Shown piece after piece: positions 37,797-51,700 of a stretch of DNA of 64,000 bases; within the stretch, counting starts at the first letter, position 1; the number at the start of each line of letters is the position of its first letter. A program made the translations under genes and the position numbers. The stretch is from Tubiluchus corallicola (taxonomy: Eukaryota; Animalia; Priapulida). The stretch spans positions 434,001-498,000 of the forward strand of contig JAQGDQ010000117.1 of NCBI GenBank assembly GCA_030141605.1. Direction: 5' to 3'. Under the pieces are notes generated by a model. That model saw nothing but the letters and a program-made list of their open reading frames with translations, searched no databases and was not told where the DNA came from.

Positions 37797-39387
37797 ATGA
37801 AGGTAACGTTAAGCTTGAAAACAAGCATGGAATCAATTATACTTAACATTATTAGGTGTCATTACCACGAACACGATATACAACTAAGCAATGGTACAAC
37901 AGCAAAGCACAGCAGCATAGAAGCAATTATTGTGGTTCTTTTGTTGAAATTAAATTTATTTTGTTCCAATTTATTTAGCTAGTCAGAACGAATTAATCCT
38001 CTATAACGAATTTTTGATGTTTGCCATATTTGGCCAGCTTTGTGCTTTGTAGTATTGGCCCAGTGGCATTTGTAAGTGATGGTGTTCTCAGGAAGCTTAT
38101 GTAGAGATTAATTTGTTTTTATTGTACTAGCTTAGTTCTTACAGTGATACTAAAACAGTTTTAAAACATCCTCAGCCGTGCAAGAATATGCTAGTATGAT
38201 TACACGTTATGGATTTGAGTTTATCCGGGAACGCGGCACAAGAATGCAAAGGCTCTTCACATACGCTTCCGCTCCTTGCTTACTTCGTCCATTCATTTCT
38301 GACTGATTAGTACACGCCATACATAGAGGCAACTGGGATTAGTTACCCTTAGTAAATACAAACACCAACTTGTGGCCATAAGGAACGTAATTAATTTGTA
38401 ATTTCCTCTATGTGTAGCTGTCAACATGTTTTGAAGACATTCTCGTTAAAGTTTGATGAAGATACATGTATATCAAGGTTTGCAAGTCGCGTTTTTCTCC
38501 TCAGATCACTTTGTCGCGGAATTCTTGCAACCGACTTCCTACAACCGACAGCAAATTAGTTACTTTAAATTAATTTTTACTTGAAGTGAAAGCTGTTACT
38601 GCTTGGGGCTATATTTGCATTAAAGAGCAACAAACAAACTGAGGTTAACTTTACTTGCGCCAATGAGTGTACGTTAAATTTTGAAAGGCTTTTTTCTTCA
38701 GTCCTGCAAAAGTAATTATGATAAAAATAATTATCAATACTTGTAAACAGTTATCTGCAGAAAACGTTATATTCACCAATACTTGCGTCCACTGGAAATT
38801 CACACTGTACATTCTATTATTCATTTTTTTACTTTATATTCATGTTATACTTATATTGTATAATTTATTTTTGTTTACCCAATAATCAATTGTAGTAGCA
38901 ATATTCTGCAATTTCAAGCATTTTTAAACAAATCTATATTTAACAATGTATGATCTAGATAGTAACTACGTGAGGCGAACGCAGTTTCTTAGCACAACCG
39001 TTGCTTAACAATTACGGAAAAAATACATACATAACAATGAATGATTGAGGTAACAAATGAATAAGTGCTTAAGAAATATGATTATGAGTATATTTGTCTG
39101 CAAAGGCCTTGCCTGTCATGTTGCGTGGTATGTCCTTCAATAAACAACAAAATTAATAAACTAGGATACGATTAGAAACAGTCAGATTGAGTAAATAAAT
39201 GGGCAGAGAATTGTTGCAATACTTGAAATATAGTTTCAATCGTTTTAATGTGAATTTTCCAATTTTAAAAATCTTGAAAAAAGAGACTCAGTATGCACTA
39301 AATGTATGAACGACAATTTTGATTGCTCTATTTTGCAATTTAAATATTCCACTGTTATCTCAACCTAGAAATTGGTTATTTTTTCGG

Positions 39388-39844
39388 TTAACACCCAGAC
39401 AACATAAGTTCATCGGATGAAGTTGGTACAAAACTAGCATTGTAAACTAGCATAGTTTTGCAACTAGTATAGCAAAACTACAAAACAAAATTATTTACAT
39501 TTGCTCATTAACTTGTTAATGCAAGCATCCAGCTAAAATCATTATTTCATCGGGGTAAAAAGGCTTAGCGCACATTCAAGCAACTCAAAAGACATCTTAG
39601 ATCCGTAACTCATTGACCATTGCACATGCTATTATAATGTTAATTCAACAAAGCATTAAAGAAGGTCAAAATAACGCGCAAGTTTGTTCTGAATTCGAAG
39701 GATAATTAAGAATTTCTTTGTTCGACGAAGAAAATGAGATTCATTGATTAATGAGATTAATGAGTTCAGTGAAGATATTACGTAACACAACTAACCATGA
39801 CTAAATTACCTTCGTCAAATTCAGCATAGTCTGGGCAGGGTTAA
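39388..39844. mobile_element. Possible TTAA-bounded (piggyBac-like) MITE
   Basis: ttaacacccagac ... gtctgggcagggttaa imperfect inverted ends; a similar end ttaaccctgcc occurs at ~41416. Confidence 0.35.
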
Positions 39845-41544
39845 GACTTAATAAAATCACATCTAATTGTAAGCCATGGAAGTAACCTGTCACTAACGAC
39901 TCTATTCATTACTAATTATTTAAGTCTAAATAGTTACAGGATGTAGCGCACTTCAAAAAAAGAAAATTGTTACGCCTTCGTTTCTTTACGTTAGTAAGCC
40001 ACAAACGCTTGAATTGGGCTGAAATATCACAAAAGTTAAGTTCTTTGGAATACCCTTCCAAAAGCATCATACCAATATCCTAATAGTTTAAAGACTTTAA
40101 CTTTTCTTTCGACGCCGGACTGCTGATCATTCAGATGATAATAATATTTGAAATTTATAGTAGTTATGCAAACTGCTCTTTGCAAAACAAACGTCAGAAA
40201 ATTGTTTTCAAATGAATAAGATTTTCCTTCTTTACAGCCTATTGTTAATTATTGAACACTGTGTCGTAAATGCAGATACAAACACAAATTTATTCACGAG
40301 AACTTAAATTTATGCAAAGTCTGAAATTACGACAGTAATGACGATTTTAGGCATTTAGATAGACATGCAAATTGTAAATCTTGATAATGCTTTATCACAA
40401 ATATTTTGAATTAATAGAAAATATTTTAAAGCGCTTGATGTTCATGTTTGCTTACTTATTTGCTTTACTCTCACTAATAAAGTGCTAAATACTCGTGACA
40501 TTTAATTTATAAATACATCTAATCAAAAATAAAAAAACAAAGATTTTGTATCGCTAATGTGGATGTTGCAGCACAGAGAAAACCCAGTTTATTAGCTTCA
40601 CAATTTTCAATGCATGGTAGCATAGGTAACGAGAAATAAAATACAGTCAAGTCAAAATGTCAAACATTGTATTTTGGTTTTATTGAAATGACACGCGACA
40701 GGCCGGGAATAAACAATTTGCAAAAACTGAACCGTCAAATCCAATTTTATAATCCAGTAATTTGACCATTGCCCTTGCATAGATTTATTGTAACTGTCAG
40801 TGTGGAATCCCTGCACGAATTGTCACAACACTTGCTTACATTGTGGTTTAAAAAATAACGACTTTTAATGAAACCCGATAGCTATTTTCAATTTAAATCA
40901 GTTTCAAGCTCAAAACGCTTTCTTTATATTTGATTATGGCAGCTCTCACGATTGCATTTCTTAGTGTTAACTTCAATACTATACTTCTATATCTATTTCT
41001 TACTTCATCTGAAAAGTTTTTTCCCAGGTGTATGAAATTGATGGATGTTAATGCGATAATGAGTCTGTTCCCACGCGAAGCATTATTGGGCCGATTGTAG
41101 CTAAATTGAATAGAATCCCTCGTGATGATTAAGCGAGAACCGCTGGATTCCCCTTATACTGTATATCGCTTAATTTAATCAACCATCACAATTCCCTGGC
41201 ATTATTTTCACATCAAGCTGAAGCCAGAAAATTCTCTCTCGGAGTACTTTAGGCACGGTAGTTTTTTTCTAAAGATTAATTGTCCCAAACTGACACTTTT
41301 AAAGCACGGGATTCTTTTTTGTGGGTAAAAGTGTAAGTGGAATTTGTTGAACGAACGCTGAAAATGATATTCAAAGTGAAGTGCTTATTGTCCAGGGTTA
41401 TCTCGATAAAAAGCTTAACCCTGCCGAGCCCTCGCGAGCGAGTCAATAGGAGTCACATTGTGCTGAATAAAGTAACTCTTATTTTGCGACAAAAAGCATT
41501 AACATAGCCATATAGAACAAATAATAAAATATTTTTACTTTGTT

Positions 41545-41730
41545 TTATTTCATTTTATTTGCCTTACCTTACCTTACCTTACCTTACCTTACTTTACTTT
41601 CTCTTATTTTATCTTGCCTTAGCTTACCTTAACTTTTTTACATTACATTACCTTACCTTACCTTGCCTTGACTTACATGGCCTTACCTTACCTTGCCTTA
41701 TCTTGTCTCACCTTACCTTACCTTACTTCA
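41545..41730. repeat. Degenerate (CCTTA)n pentanucleotide repeat
   Basis: Directly visible. Confidence 0.9.
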
Positions 41731-44700
41731 CCATATCAGAAGATGTGTCTGTTACAAAATTATAATCGATCAACCAATCGATAACACGCAAGTACACGCT
41801 AGACAGGTCTTAAAATAAAAAACATTGTCGCATCATCCATCTGATCATGCGCCAGTTGTTTTCCCTAGTGTACGTTTGGTTAGTCACTCTTTTCGCCAGT
41901 TGTATATTTGGCCAGTCTAGGCTTGGACACTGTTAGTTAGGCCTACAAGCATAATCTGTATCTGATTTAGCGCAGTCATAATCACCACCTTGCAAAGTAT
42001 TACAAGTGTCACAAAGGAAACTGTGTAATTGCATTAATAAATTAATTAAAGTGGCCGACGTTACTATGATATACGTTAATTAAAACAAAATCTAATTGTG
42101 ATAGCAGAGTGAGAATTAATCAAATGATAAAATGACAGTAAATTGGTTGAAATGGGAGTTGAAAGTAACTATGTGTTAATTAAGAATAAATGTGAGTGAT
42201 ATAGCAGTGAGTAAATTAAAATAAAGGTAAATAAAAATCACCTTGAATAAAAGTACCTCAACTAGGTTTATTAGAGGTTTATGTAAGATGTCCTGGGATT
42301 AGTTTAAATAATATTTATATTTAAAAAAACATTACAATCACATATGCATTAGTAATAAACACAAACGTAATTGCTCAAATACTGATTGGCTAACAGGAAA
42401 AATCTCTGTATTAAAGCCTTTCAGAGCGTAAATTTGTCACTTACACAGATGCCATAGTAGACGATCACAAAAAATTATTAGTTATTCAGCTAAAAATGAA
42501 ACAATAATAGTTATGTCAATTGTAGATAAGTAAGTGGGTGGATGAAAGGGTAGGGCAAATTAGTTATAATCTGTTCGATGTTAATGTAATGCTGGAAGAA
42601 TAGAATGAAAGAAAAGAGGGACGAACGAATGAAGGAAATTTGAAATGAGGTGGTGATCACTCTATGATTATTATAGACAGAGCGACCAATATAACTACCA
42701 TCTAGTAGAAGTGATATTTTCTCTTTGGTATGACTGTTTTATCAATATTTTTAGAAAATGAAATACGGCGTTTTTCATTTTCGGGAAGTCTATCTTCTCG
42801 AATAACAACAGCAACGTGGGCGTGCTTTTCTCACTTGGAAATAATATGTAAATTTAACAGAGCCTGAAGAAACGTCTCTGTTTAAGTTCATTCGTTTTGC
42901 TGAGAATGAGTACGCTCAGAGAGGTTCCAGAAAATTCAGCGCTAGTTGCAGATTTTTAGCTTTTGTTATAAACCTCCTCTTACAGCACGTTATAGATTTG
43001 CCTTTGCGTGCAATAATCGACAATAATCAATAATCATTTTCGCCTCAAGAAAAGAATTAGTGGCTATCGGACAATCGCGCTGCTGACAAGTTTTCTGCCC
43101 ACCAATAAAATAATCGTCAAAGCGGCATTGCAACCACCGTCACCATCACAACATTTAAAATTTTAGGTAGTAGGTCATACGTAAGGTAGTAGAAAAACGA
43201 CGTTTTTGATTGTCCGGGTCTAGTCGCTTAGTCGACTCAACTACTCAAGCAGAAAAAAATCATCATTTTTTAATAGAAGGTTGGTAGACTTATAGATTCC
43301 TGCCTTCAGATTATATAACATTTATGGTTATTTAGCAGTTGCTTTAGATTTTTAATCAAAATAGATTGAGACTCGATTTGAGCTGAACGAAATAAGTTAA
43401 AGTTTCATTTTTAACTGAAAGAAATAACTTACTTCAGACCAGGCAAGCGGTTCGTTTGACATTGGCGCGATCATCAGTAGTTATGGTGCATTTGTAAATC
43501 TATCAATATTAAGAACTGGCTAGTTGCTAATTGTACGCTGTAGGTTTCAGACGTACCGAAAGCCTGAAATAATTGTTCAATTTTATTCAAATTGACGAGT
43601 GTTTAACATGATTAATTGATCATGTTCTTACCAATCTTGTTGTTGTTGTTGTTGTTGTCATTGCTGTTGTTGTGGTTCTTGTTGTTGTCGTCGTCATCCT
43701 CCTCGTCTTTCTTCTTTTTGTCATTGTTACTGCTACTGATGCAGCATTTCGGCATAACTACCTTGGCGTAAATTTTTTGGGATCAGTCTAGAAATAAATT
43801 TCATGAAATCACCCACCCCCCAGCAAACACAAGCCCTCAACTCGCTAAGTGATTTCAGATTCGCCAAAATAAGTTTCTGCTACTCGACTAATATGATTAA
43901 GATTTATTATTTTCGTAAAGCTGATTATACTGTTTTTATAATATATTTATCCCCCTGAGAATTGTAAGTTAATTTTGGGTGATGTTGATAATGATTTTCA
44001 TTTTACTGAGAAGACATAAAAAATTGTGCGCGAAAGGGTGAGCGAGGGGTTAGTACGTGAGGGGACGAGTGAGTGAGTAAATTAGGAATGAGTGAGTGAG
44101 TGCATCGTCTAATGTAATCGCCTAGTTATTCTAACTGTTGTTTTTACTCTACTCTCGCTCTTTCTCTTACATTTGACCGTGCATTTGCTGTTTTCTCGTT
44201 GTCGCCTTCATTGTCACCATTATCGCCAACTCCAACACTGCTGTTGTTGCTGCTGTTGCTGTCTTGATCGATGCAGAATTGGAAGTAAATTTGTTCGGCG
44301 GTATTAAAGCACAAAAATATTATATTCGTCTTTTTATTTCGTCAAGCTGTTAATAAAGTTCTGATGACGCCAAGCAGCCGCAAATTTAATGAAAAGTGTA
44401 TAATGGAGTAATAAAAGCGTTGCATTAAAATTGCCCAGCAGTTAATTTCTAGTAGAGTCAAGAATATAATTAAAACTTCAAATGTTATGCGTTGCAAAAA
44501 TAATTCATTGATGTAATCGTGATTGCAGTTAACACTGCAGTGTGTCCTCTTTTAAATCATTTATAAAACGTCCATAAATGGCTGCAATAAAATTTCAATG
44601 CACAAATAAAGTCAATCTTTACAGTCGCTTGGACAAATTTACTGGCAACATAAAGGATTTGGAGGAGGCGAACTTTGCTGTTTGAAATGCTCTTGGGTAG

Positions 44701-45765
44701 CTGACGCGTCTCTGTTTTAATTGGTTGCAGTCAATTCAAAAGCCAAGTACTTTACACAAAACGCTTTGCTTTTATCAACGCAGCAGTCGGGTCCACTTGA
44801 GACGTTGTCAGTTACCATTGAGTTTCTGACTCTGCGCATGTCTCATACTGCACTGCGTAGCCAAACGTGCTTAACTGATATTCCTGGAGGAACCCACGAC
44901 CTCAGCGTCCGCAATCTCTGGACCCATCAGAAGCCTTTTTTCAGCTTGAAAACCAGAAGTGAATGCAGAGTTGCAACATATTATAAGCACTAACTATACT
45001 GCAAGCAACTGTAAAACAGCTTTAGTTTTACCAAAAAAATTATAATACTGAAGTCATGTCGTAAATATTAGTCATCGTGTAATATACAAATGACAACTAT
45101 TTTTATTTGAAAACTTTTTGGCGATTTTATTAGATTTCATAGTGGTCATCAAAATTATTAACAAATTGAAACAAAAGGATGTACAGTCATCACGTACTGG
45201 CCTCACCTATAACAGGGAATGGGCAATAGTTTCTATACATCATATTGTTTACTGATTTCCACTCTTCTTCAATTATTTTAAAATATGCCTTTTTTGAGTT
45301 TTGACTTCCATTAGAAAGAGAACCCCTTTGAGATGCATAAAGAAAAATTATCAAGTTAGCACTCATCAAGTGATGTACGACGAATCGATTTTCTTTTTTT
45401 ATTTTTAGTGACCTTTGACCTTCGATCAAAGTTTGATTTAAGAACAGCAATAAGTCTGTTGTCAGAAGTATCTACCTTGTCAGAAAGTATCACTAAGCGC
45501 CCTATTCTTTAAGTAACCCGCATCTACACAATACCATGTCTCTACTTAACAAAGGCCCATTCTAATACAATGGGAGGAGTGTGCGGAAATTCTAATGATA
45601 CAAAAATTTATAATTTGGCACTTCACACCAACTACACACTTTTGACCGCTCTCTTTACCACTCACTTTTTTCATATTGCCCCACTCCAAGTTTCGATATA
45701 CGCAAAAATTCACTAATTTCAGAAATCAATCATCCGATCTGTTCATTTTACGTTTTCGTTTTCAG

Positions 45766-48700
45766 ATGGACGTCACAGACGCAGAGAAGTCTATGTAGAT
45801 GATCTTGAACATGAACATGAACACGATCGAATCATTTACGATGATAAACTTCCTAATGATGTTCCTATAGCTGACGAACTGCGATTGTTACGCAAGTTAA
45901 TGCGTGGTTACTCCAGATCTGTACGTCCCGTTTACAACGCCTCCTCCATTGTGATTGTCAAACTGGGAGTGACTCTGGTGCAGATATTTGATGTGGTAAG
46001 TAATTCAGAATGAAAAGTAAAGTGGCTGTTCTAAGACTTAGAACACCTTAAGCATAAAGGAAATTTTCCTTATAGCAGGAAATTTTCCCTATAACTATGA
46101 TGAGATGTATTTTGCAGGCACCATATATAAGTTAAGAAATTTTCAGTACCATTTCAATGAAATTATTATTTATTCGATTATGTTAAAATAACTCGGTGGC
46201 GCGTGTGCGCTACAGGAAATTAGTAGAGCAACGATTTTTTTTCTGCTTTTCTCCCTTGTCGATCCTTGAAAGTGAAAAAACGCAGTTACAACTTATACTA
46301 ATTAATGAAATTAATTAACACGGATGAAGGCAATATACACACTGCAAAGTGTATAGGACTAACAAAATTTATTTTGTTTTTACATAATAATACAAAACGA
46401 GAATAGAACGCAATTACCGTCACGTGTTTTCAAATTTGAAAAATAGAAAGCGTTTGCAAAGTGTTTTCCGAAAGTAGAAGTTGAAAATGCGAAGAACTTA
46501 AAATCCCTGCATCCTGCATATTACAAACAAACCTTGTGGAGTGACACGGATAATGAGGATTGTGCAGATTTTAAGAGGTTGCATAGCGAGCTTTCTTTTT
46601 CAGTCTGACTGTGACTTATCGTGCCAAGCTTCCTATTTCCATCCAGCATTAAGGCTTCAAACTGCTGCAGACTTACTCGTCAGCAATTAGCTTTTGTTCC
46701 ACTGTAATTGCTCGTTACATTTCTCTGTTACTCGCATCATTTACTCTGCGATAGAGAAACTTCCATACATCATCAACACGAGAAGGTCTTACGAAGATGC
46801 TGAGACATTATTAATGATCCAAATTAATTACAGGTAATTCTGGGTTTTCAGACCACTTGCTGCGCAGAGTTTTTGTCCTATAGGACTTAACGAGATAGCA
46901 CAGAGTCGAGAGTATGAATCATCTATGAGCAACAGCTAGGTATAATAACGTCAAACTGAATAAGAAGAAATAAAATGTGTTTACAAATTTCATCATGAAA
47001 ACCATATTAGTAGGTCTAATAATGACGCCATTTTTGCATAATTGAGTACCACATTAAATGCACAGTCATGTATATGTTATGAATCATTGGGGCAGTCTCG
47101 TGATACTTGAAAAAGCTAATGCGACTTCAATTAAATTAGTAAGGTGTCTTATTAGTAATTGTGTAAAATAGTATTAGTGAGTAGACAGTAATATTACTAA
47201 CTTTTTGGCATAGATCTAGCTGAGCATGACAGGTTGCACTTGCGATTAATCAAGCTATATCTCTGATAAACTTTCTGTAAACGTATACAGGTATCAGAAA
47301 CAATGGGCTTCTTCAGTCGGTGCGAAATATTGCTCATGTTTCTCAATTTTATAGACTCCTTAATGGCTCTGTAGCATGATGTGTTATCTGGAACTAATTT
47401 GATCTTGTTCATATCAACGAGATGTCAGTCATGCCACCATAATTCTGGATTTCAAGTTAGGAAAGTCATATCTGGAAAGTCAAGTTAGACGTTACACGTG
47501 GTTCACTTTTGGAGTGGTGACTTGGGGTTGCAGGATAGCCTAAAAAAGGTGCACCACGTCAGCAAAAGCGCCAGCTGTCCTGTATTTGCAGATAGCTGTG
47601 CGTTTTAGTACGTGTTTAAGTTAAGAAGCCATTATCCAACATGATGACGGCTGGATGGTTACGTATTATGTGTCATTAGTTAACGGGGAAGACAATCGTC
47701 ATCTCATAGAAATGAAACGATTTAACGACTCAGCGGCGGGTAATTGAGAAGCCAACCACGTGAAAGTGACACTGCAAGAAGTGGATAATTACTGTCTCAT
47801 TCACAATGTAGTATTGTTCTCCGTAACAAAAAGGCTTTGGCAGGCGCGCTTGGACAGCCGTACGAATTCTATTTTACAGGCTTTCATTACAATTTTTAGT
47901 AAACAAGGTCAGGGAACACACAATTCTAATAACTTGGCTAAATGAAACTTTCGAGAAATCACCGATTCGGTTGGTTCGGCGTAAGTTGCCCTGTAAATTT
48001 TAGCCAGTGAACCGTCTTACAAAGCGATTAATTGTCTAGGAATCTCGTGGCCTGTGCTGTAATTCTATAGTACTCAGGTGAAACAGTTTTCCCTGATAGT
48101 TGTGTGACGTTTTTAGTAAAAATATTTACATCATTAAATAACAGTGAATAGGTCAATAGTCATTTCCTAAACGTTAATATGGAAGGACTGAATTTTCATT
48201 ACAACAGAATTTATTTTTGAGTAATTCGCATATATGTGTCCTATAAACTTATTTCAAAAATTTAAAGTGCTGCTTATGAAATGATGTTTTGCGATTCCGG
48301 CTGATCCAGCCCCGATAAAGACTAATAACACACATGGAACAATCATGGAGACTTTAAAAATTGTACTAGTTGAAATTGTTTGCGTTCGTAACATCTTTTA
48401 TGTAAGATAGGGTAGTTAAGATAACTTCAGTAGAAGAGTTTGAACATAAAATGGGAACATTTGTCACTCCACAATACAAATCAATCTTGCATTAAAAAAC
48501 GTTAAAATTGAACCGTTTTCTAAATTACTGACTTGTTTCAGAACTTATCACAGACTCAGTCTAAGTCCAGTCCTATTGAAATTTAACAATACCGTTAACA
48601 AGTTGTTGGTGGCGAATGCGAATTGGAAAGAGTTTGAAATGTTATTGAAACGCGTTTCGTAAAGCTTCTTGTTTATGTTTTTTTCTTGTATTTTAGGATG

Positions 48701-51700
48701 AGAAAAAGCAAGTGCTGACGACAACAATGTGGTTGGATCAGGTAAGATTGTTAACGTAGTTTATTAACTTTCAAATAGCATTTTTGTCAATTTCAGTTAA
48801 ATAGTCAAAATTCAGAACTGAAATTGCTGGAATGGGGGGGGGGGGGGTGCCTGGCTGTTTTCAAAAATATTGTCTTTTGGACAAATATAGTTGATGACAG
48901 GATGTTTCTGAATTGTCATATTAGCTCTATGCAAGGACCTGAAATATGGCCTAACCTTACTTCTCTTAAGAGTTTTTCAAATTAAGTTAGGAACGTCAAA
49001 AGATTATGAGTGTGATTGAGCAGAAAATGTTAATGTTCTTGAGTTTTTTTTGACACGCTGCGCAAATAATTCTACTTTTGACTTGTTGACATGTGAAAAT
49101 AGGAATAAAAGTTAATGAATGTCAATACCGATGTTTTGAAAGAATCTTAACGTCATTTTAATTGTAGTTTTAATATGCAAGCAGTACAATACGTAATGAC
49201 TAATGAGTGCAATTTACATTCGTCCCGTCCCGTTTCATTTCATAAAAAACCGTACTTTGTTAATAACTTTTAACCATTTCATGTGTCCCATCGCGTGAAA
49301 ATAGATTTTCCTCGTTAAACTGCAGCTACCTGCTGATTTGTAGTAATGCGAATGTGGCTTCTGCTGACAATTTTATGACGAGCAGGCTTTTCGACTAATT
49401 AGTCGCTCGTGTGAGATCCGATTGCTTTTAATTCTACTGATATGGTTGAAGATTCATTTCGATTTGATCAAAATGTTATATGTTCTCAGGTCTGTCTGTC
49501 CTAGTTACAGAATTGGCAAATGTTAGATGATCTGTAGTCGGATTGAGGCGTATTAGGTTATTAAATTTTTATCCCTTGCCTTGCAGGCTTGGCATGATGA
49601 TTTACTGTCATGGGATCCTGCTGACTATGATGGGATCACTGTGTTTCGCGTTCCCTGTAAATACCTGTGGTTGCCAGACATAGTTCTATATAACAGGTGA
49701 GTTGAGCTAAATTGCAATTAAATTAAACTTCCTGTACTTGTTAATCGGACTGATCATCAAAAAAAGGAATGCTTGTTCCTAGCTGTTGGAGCTGAGCGCT
49801 GTCAAAACTATGTGATCTTGACGAAATTCACGGAGTTTTTGACAATGTCAGTACCTCGGTTTCTGGCAAAGCTGGATATAAAAGCTGGACATTCTAAATT
49901 AGAATTAACACTAGCATATTGTTATAACAATTTTATATGAAAACTTAAGACATTTTTATTACCATATTTAAGGGCTTAATTGTTCTGTATTAAACAATGT
50001 TAAACAGTTTTATTATAAACTATATGCTATTCTATTCAGCGTTCGAATACATATTTGCACACACCACAATTCCTCTTCTATGTAGTTCAGTTTTCAAATG
50101 CCAATAAGTCTCTAAATGTGCGTCACTTTCGGGAAGGGCTGTTGTTGACCGGTCTTTTACAATACTGTACTAAATGAAACATGGTGCATCGAAAGGAAGC
50201 CCATTCTACACCAATGCGTGAATATGAATAAAAATCTGTTCTGTCAGTTCAAGTTCTTAGCCTCAGTAGGAACTCTGCTTTATTAAGTACATTCCAGGAA
50301 AATTACTGCACTTATGATGCACTCAAATGTATAAAAAAGCTCCCGTTCCCAGGATTTTGCCGGCACCTTTCTAAGGAACCGTATTGCCGGCATGCTACAT
50401 AAAGAAAGTGTACTGTAGCAAAGGACACTGCGCCTGGACACACTAACTTGTTCTGAAATTAAATATTATCCGGTTTTTAAGGCTTTAAAGCTTGAGTAAA
50501 TAAAGCTGAAAGCTGACCATGCTTTAAATGTCACCAATTACACCACTGTAATTTGTGATGTGTCCATGTGACGAGTTAAAAATTGTGTTTGGTTTCCTAC
50601 CTGCTTAAGTCTTTTCTGTTTTTGTTGATCTTTGTTCTTAAACTATCCATTGAAAGTCAGTAGTTGCCTCAGTAAAATTCACCCCTTTCCATAGGTGCTA
50701 TAAGTTTTTATGCTGGGTTGCTAAACTCCGAACAATTGTTGAGTTGTAAGTCGCTTTCTAATAAATACTTGGTGGATCGCTTCGCTAGTTTCTTTTCTTA
50801 TGCGGACGTAGCTGATTCTCTACGTATTCGCACTACATAACTTGTCACTTTCAGTTGAGTCATTTAATTGCGGCACCTAATTTATTAGGATGTAAGGAAA
50901 TTATGTAGTGTGCGATACAAATGCACTTCCTCAGTATGAATCATACGTAAATAAATTGCCGTCCCAGTCAGCGAAATTTCAAAACAAATTTAATATTATA
51001 TAATTTCAACCGAGACCACGATTATAGCGATGTCTTATAATCATTTTATTATAATTGCATAAAGCCACGTTATTAGTTGTAACTCAGTTATATTATCCGT
51101 ATTATTCAGCAATACTTCTGGGAAGTTCAGAAAATTATTTTTCGTCCTTCAGTTGTTTGGATGAGTACTTTGTGAATAATAATTCCCCCTTTGATGACGT
51201 GTAAAACTATAGTGCGCGACTGATGTGGGCAATTTGCTTGGAAAATTTCCTTTCAGCATCAGTACTGTACTTCTACAGTAAGGAGTAAACAGAGAAAATG
51301 GCTCAATTATTATTTCAGAGAGCACTACGTGGTACCTGTGCATTGCCGATAGCTGCGTGTCATGATTTTTGCACCGTTGCCATTAGTGTCAGTTCAAGAC
51401 AGGACGTTTGGGTCAAGACATATATTTTTCATTTTTGCTGATGTGGAAGAGTGTGCAAGAGAAAAATTATGCAAAATGTCGTAAGCACTTAATAATCCGA
51501 GGCAGACAGAATAGGTCACGAATTCAAATACCGTGAAAATCAACGATATAATACGTGAAAATATTGCCAAAATATTCACAATTAATATACATGTACACTC
51601 CTCGTCTTGGCGTATATTGTTTTCCTTAACGAACAAACGTTTCCAGCCGTACTCTGTTGATTGAAACAGATTTTGACATTTGACCCAACTACTAAATTAC

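Noticed and set aside
41545-41730. Interstitial telomeric repeat
   Set aside because: The unit is CCTTA/TAAGG, not TTAGG or TTAGGG.
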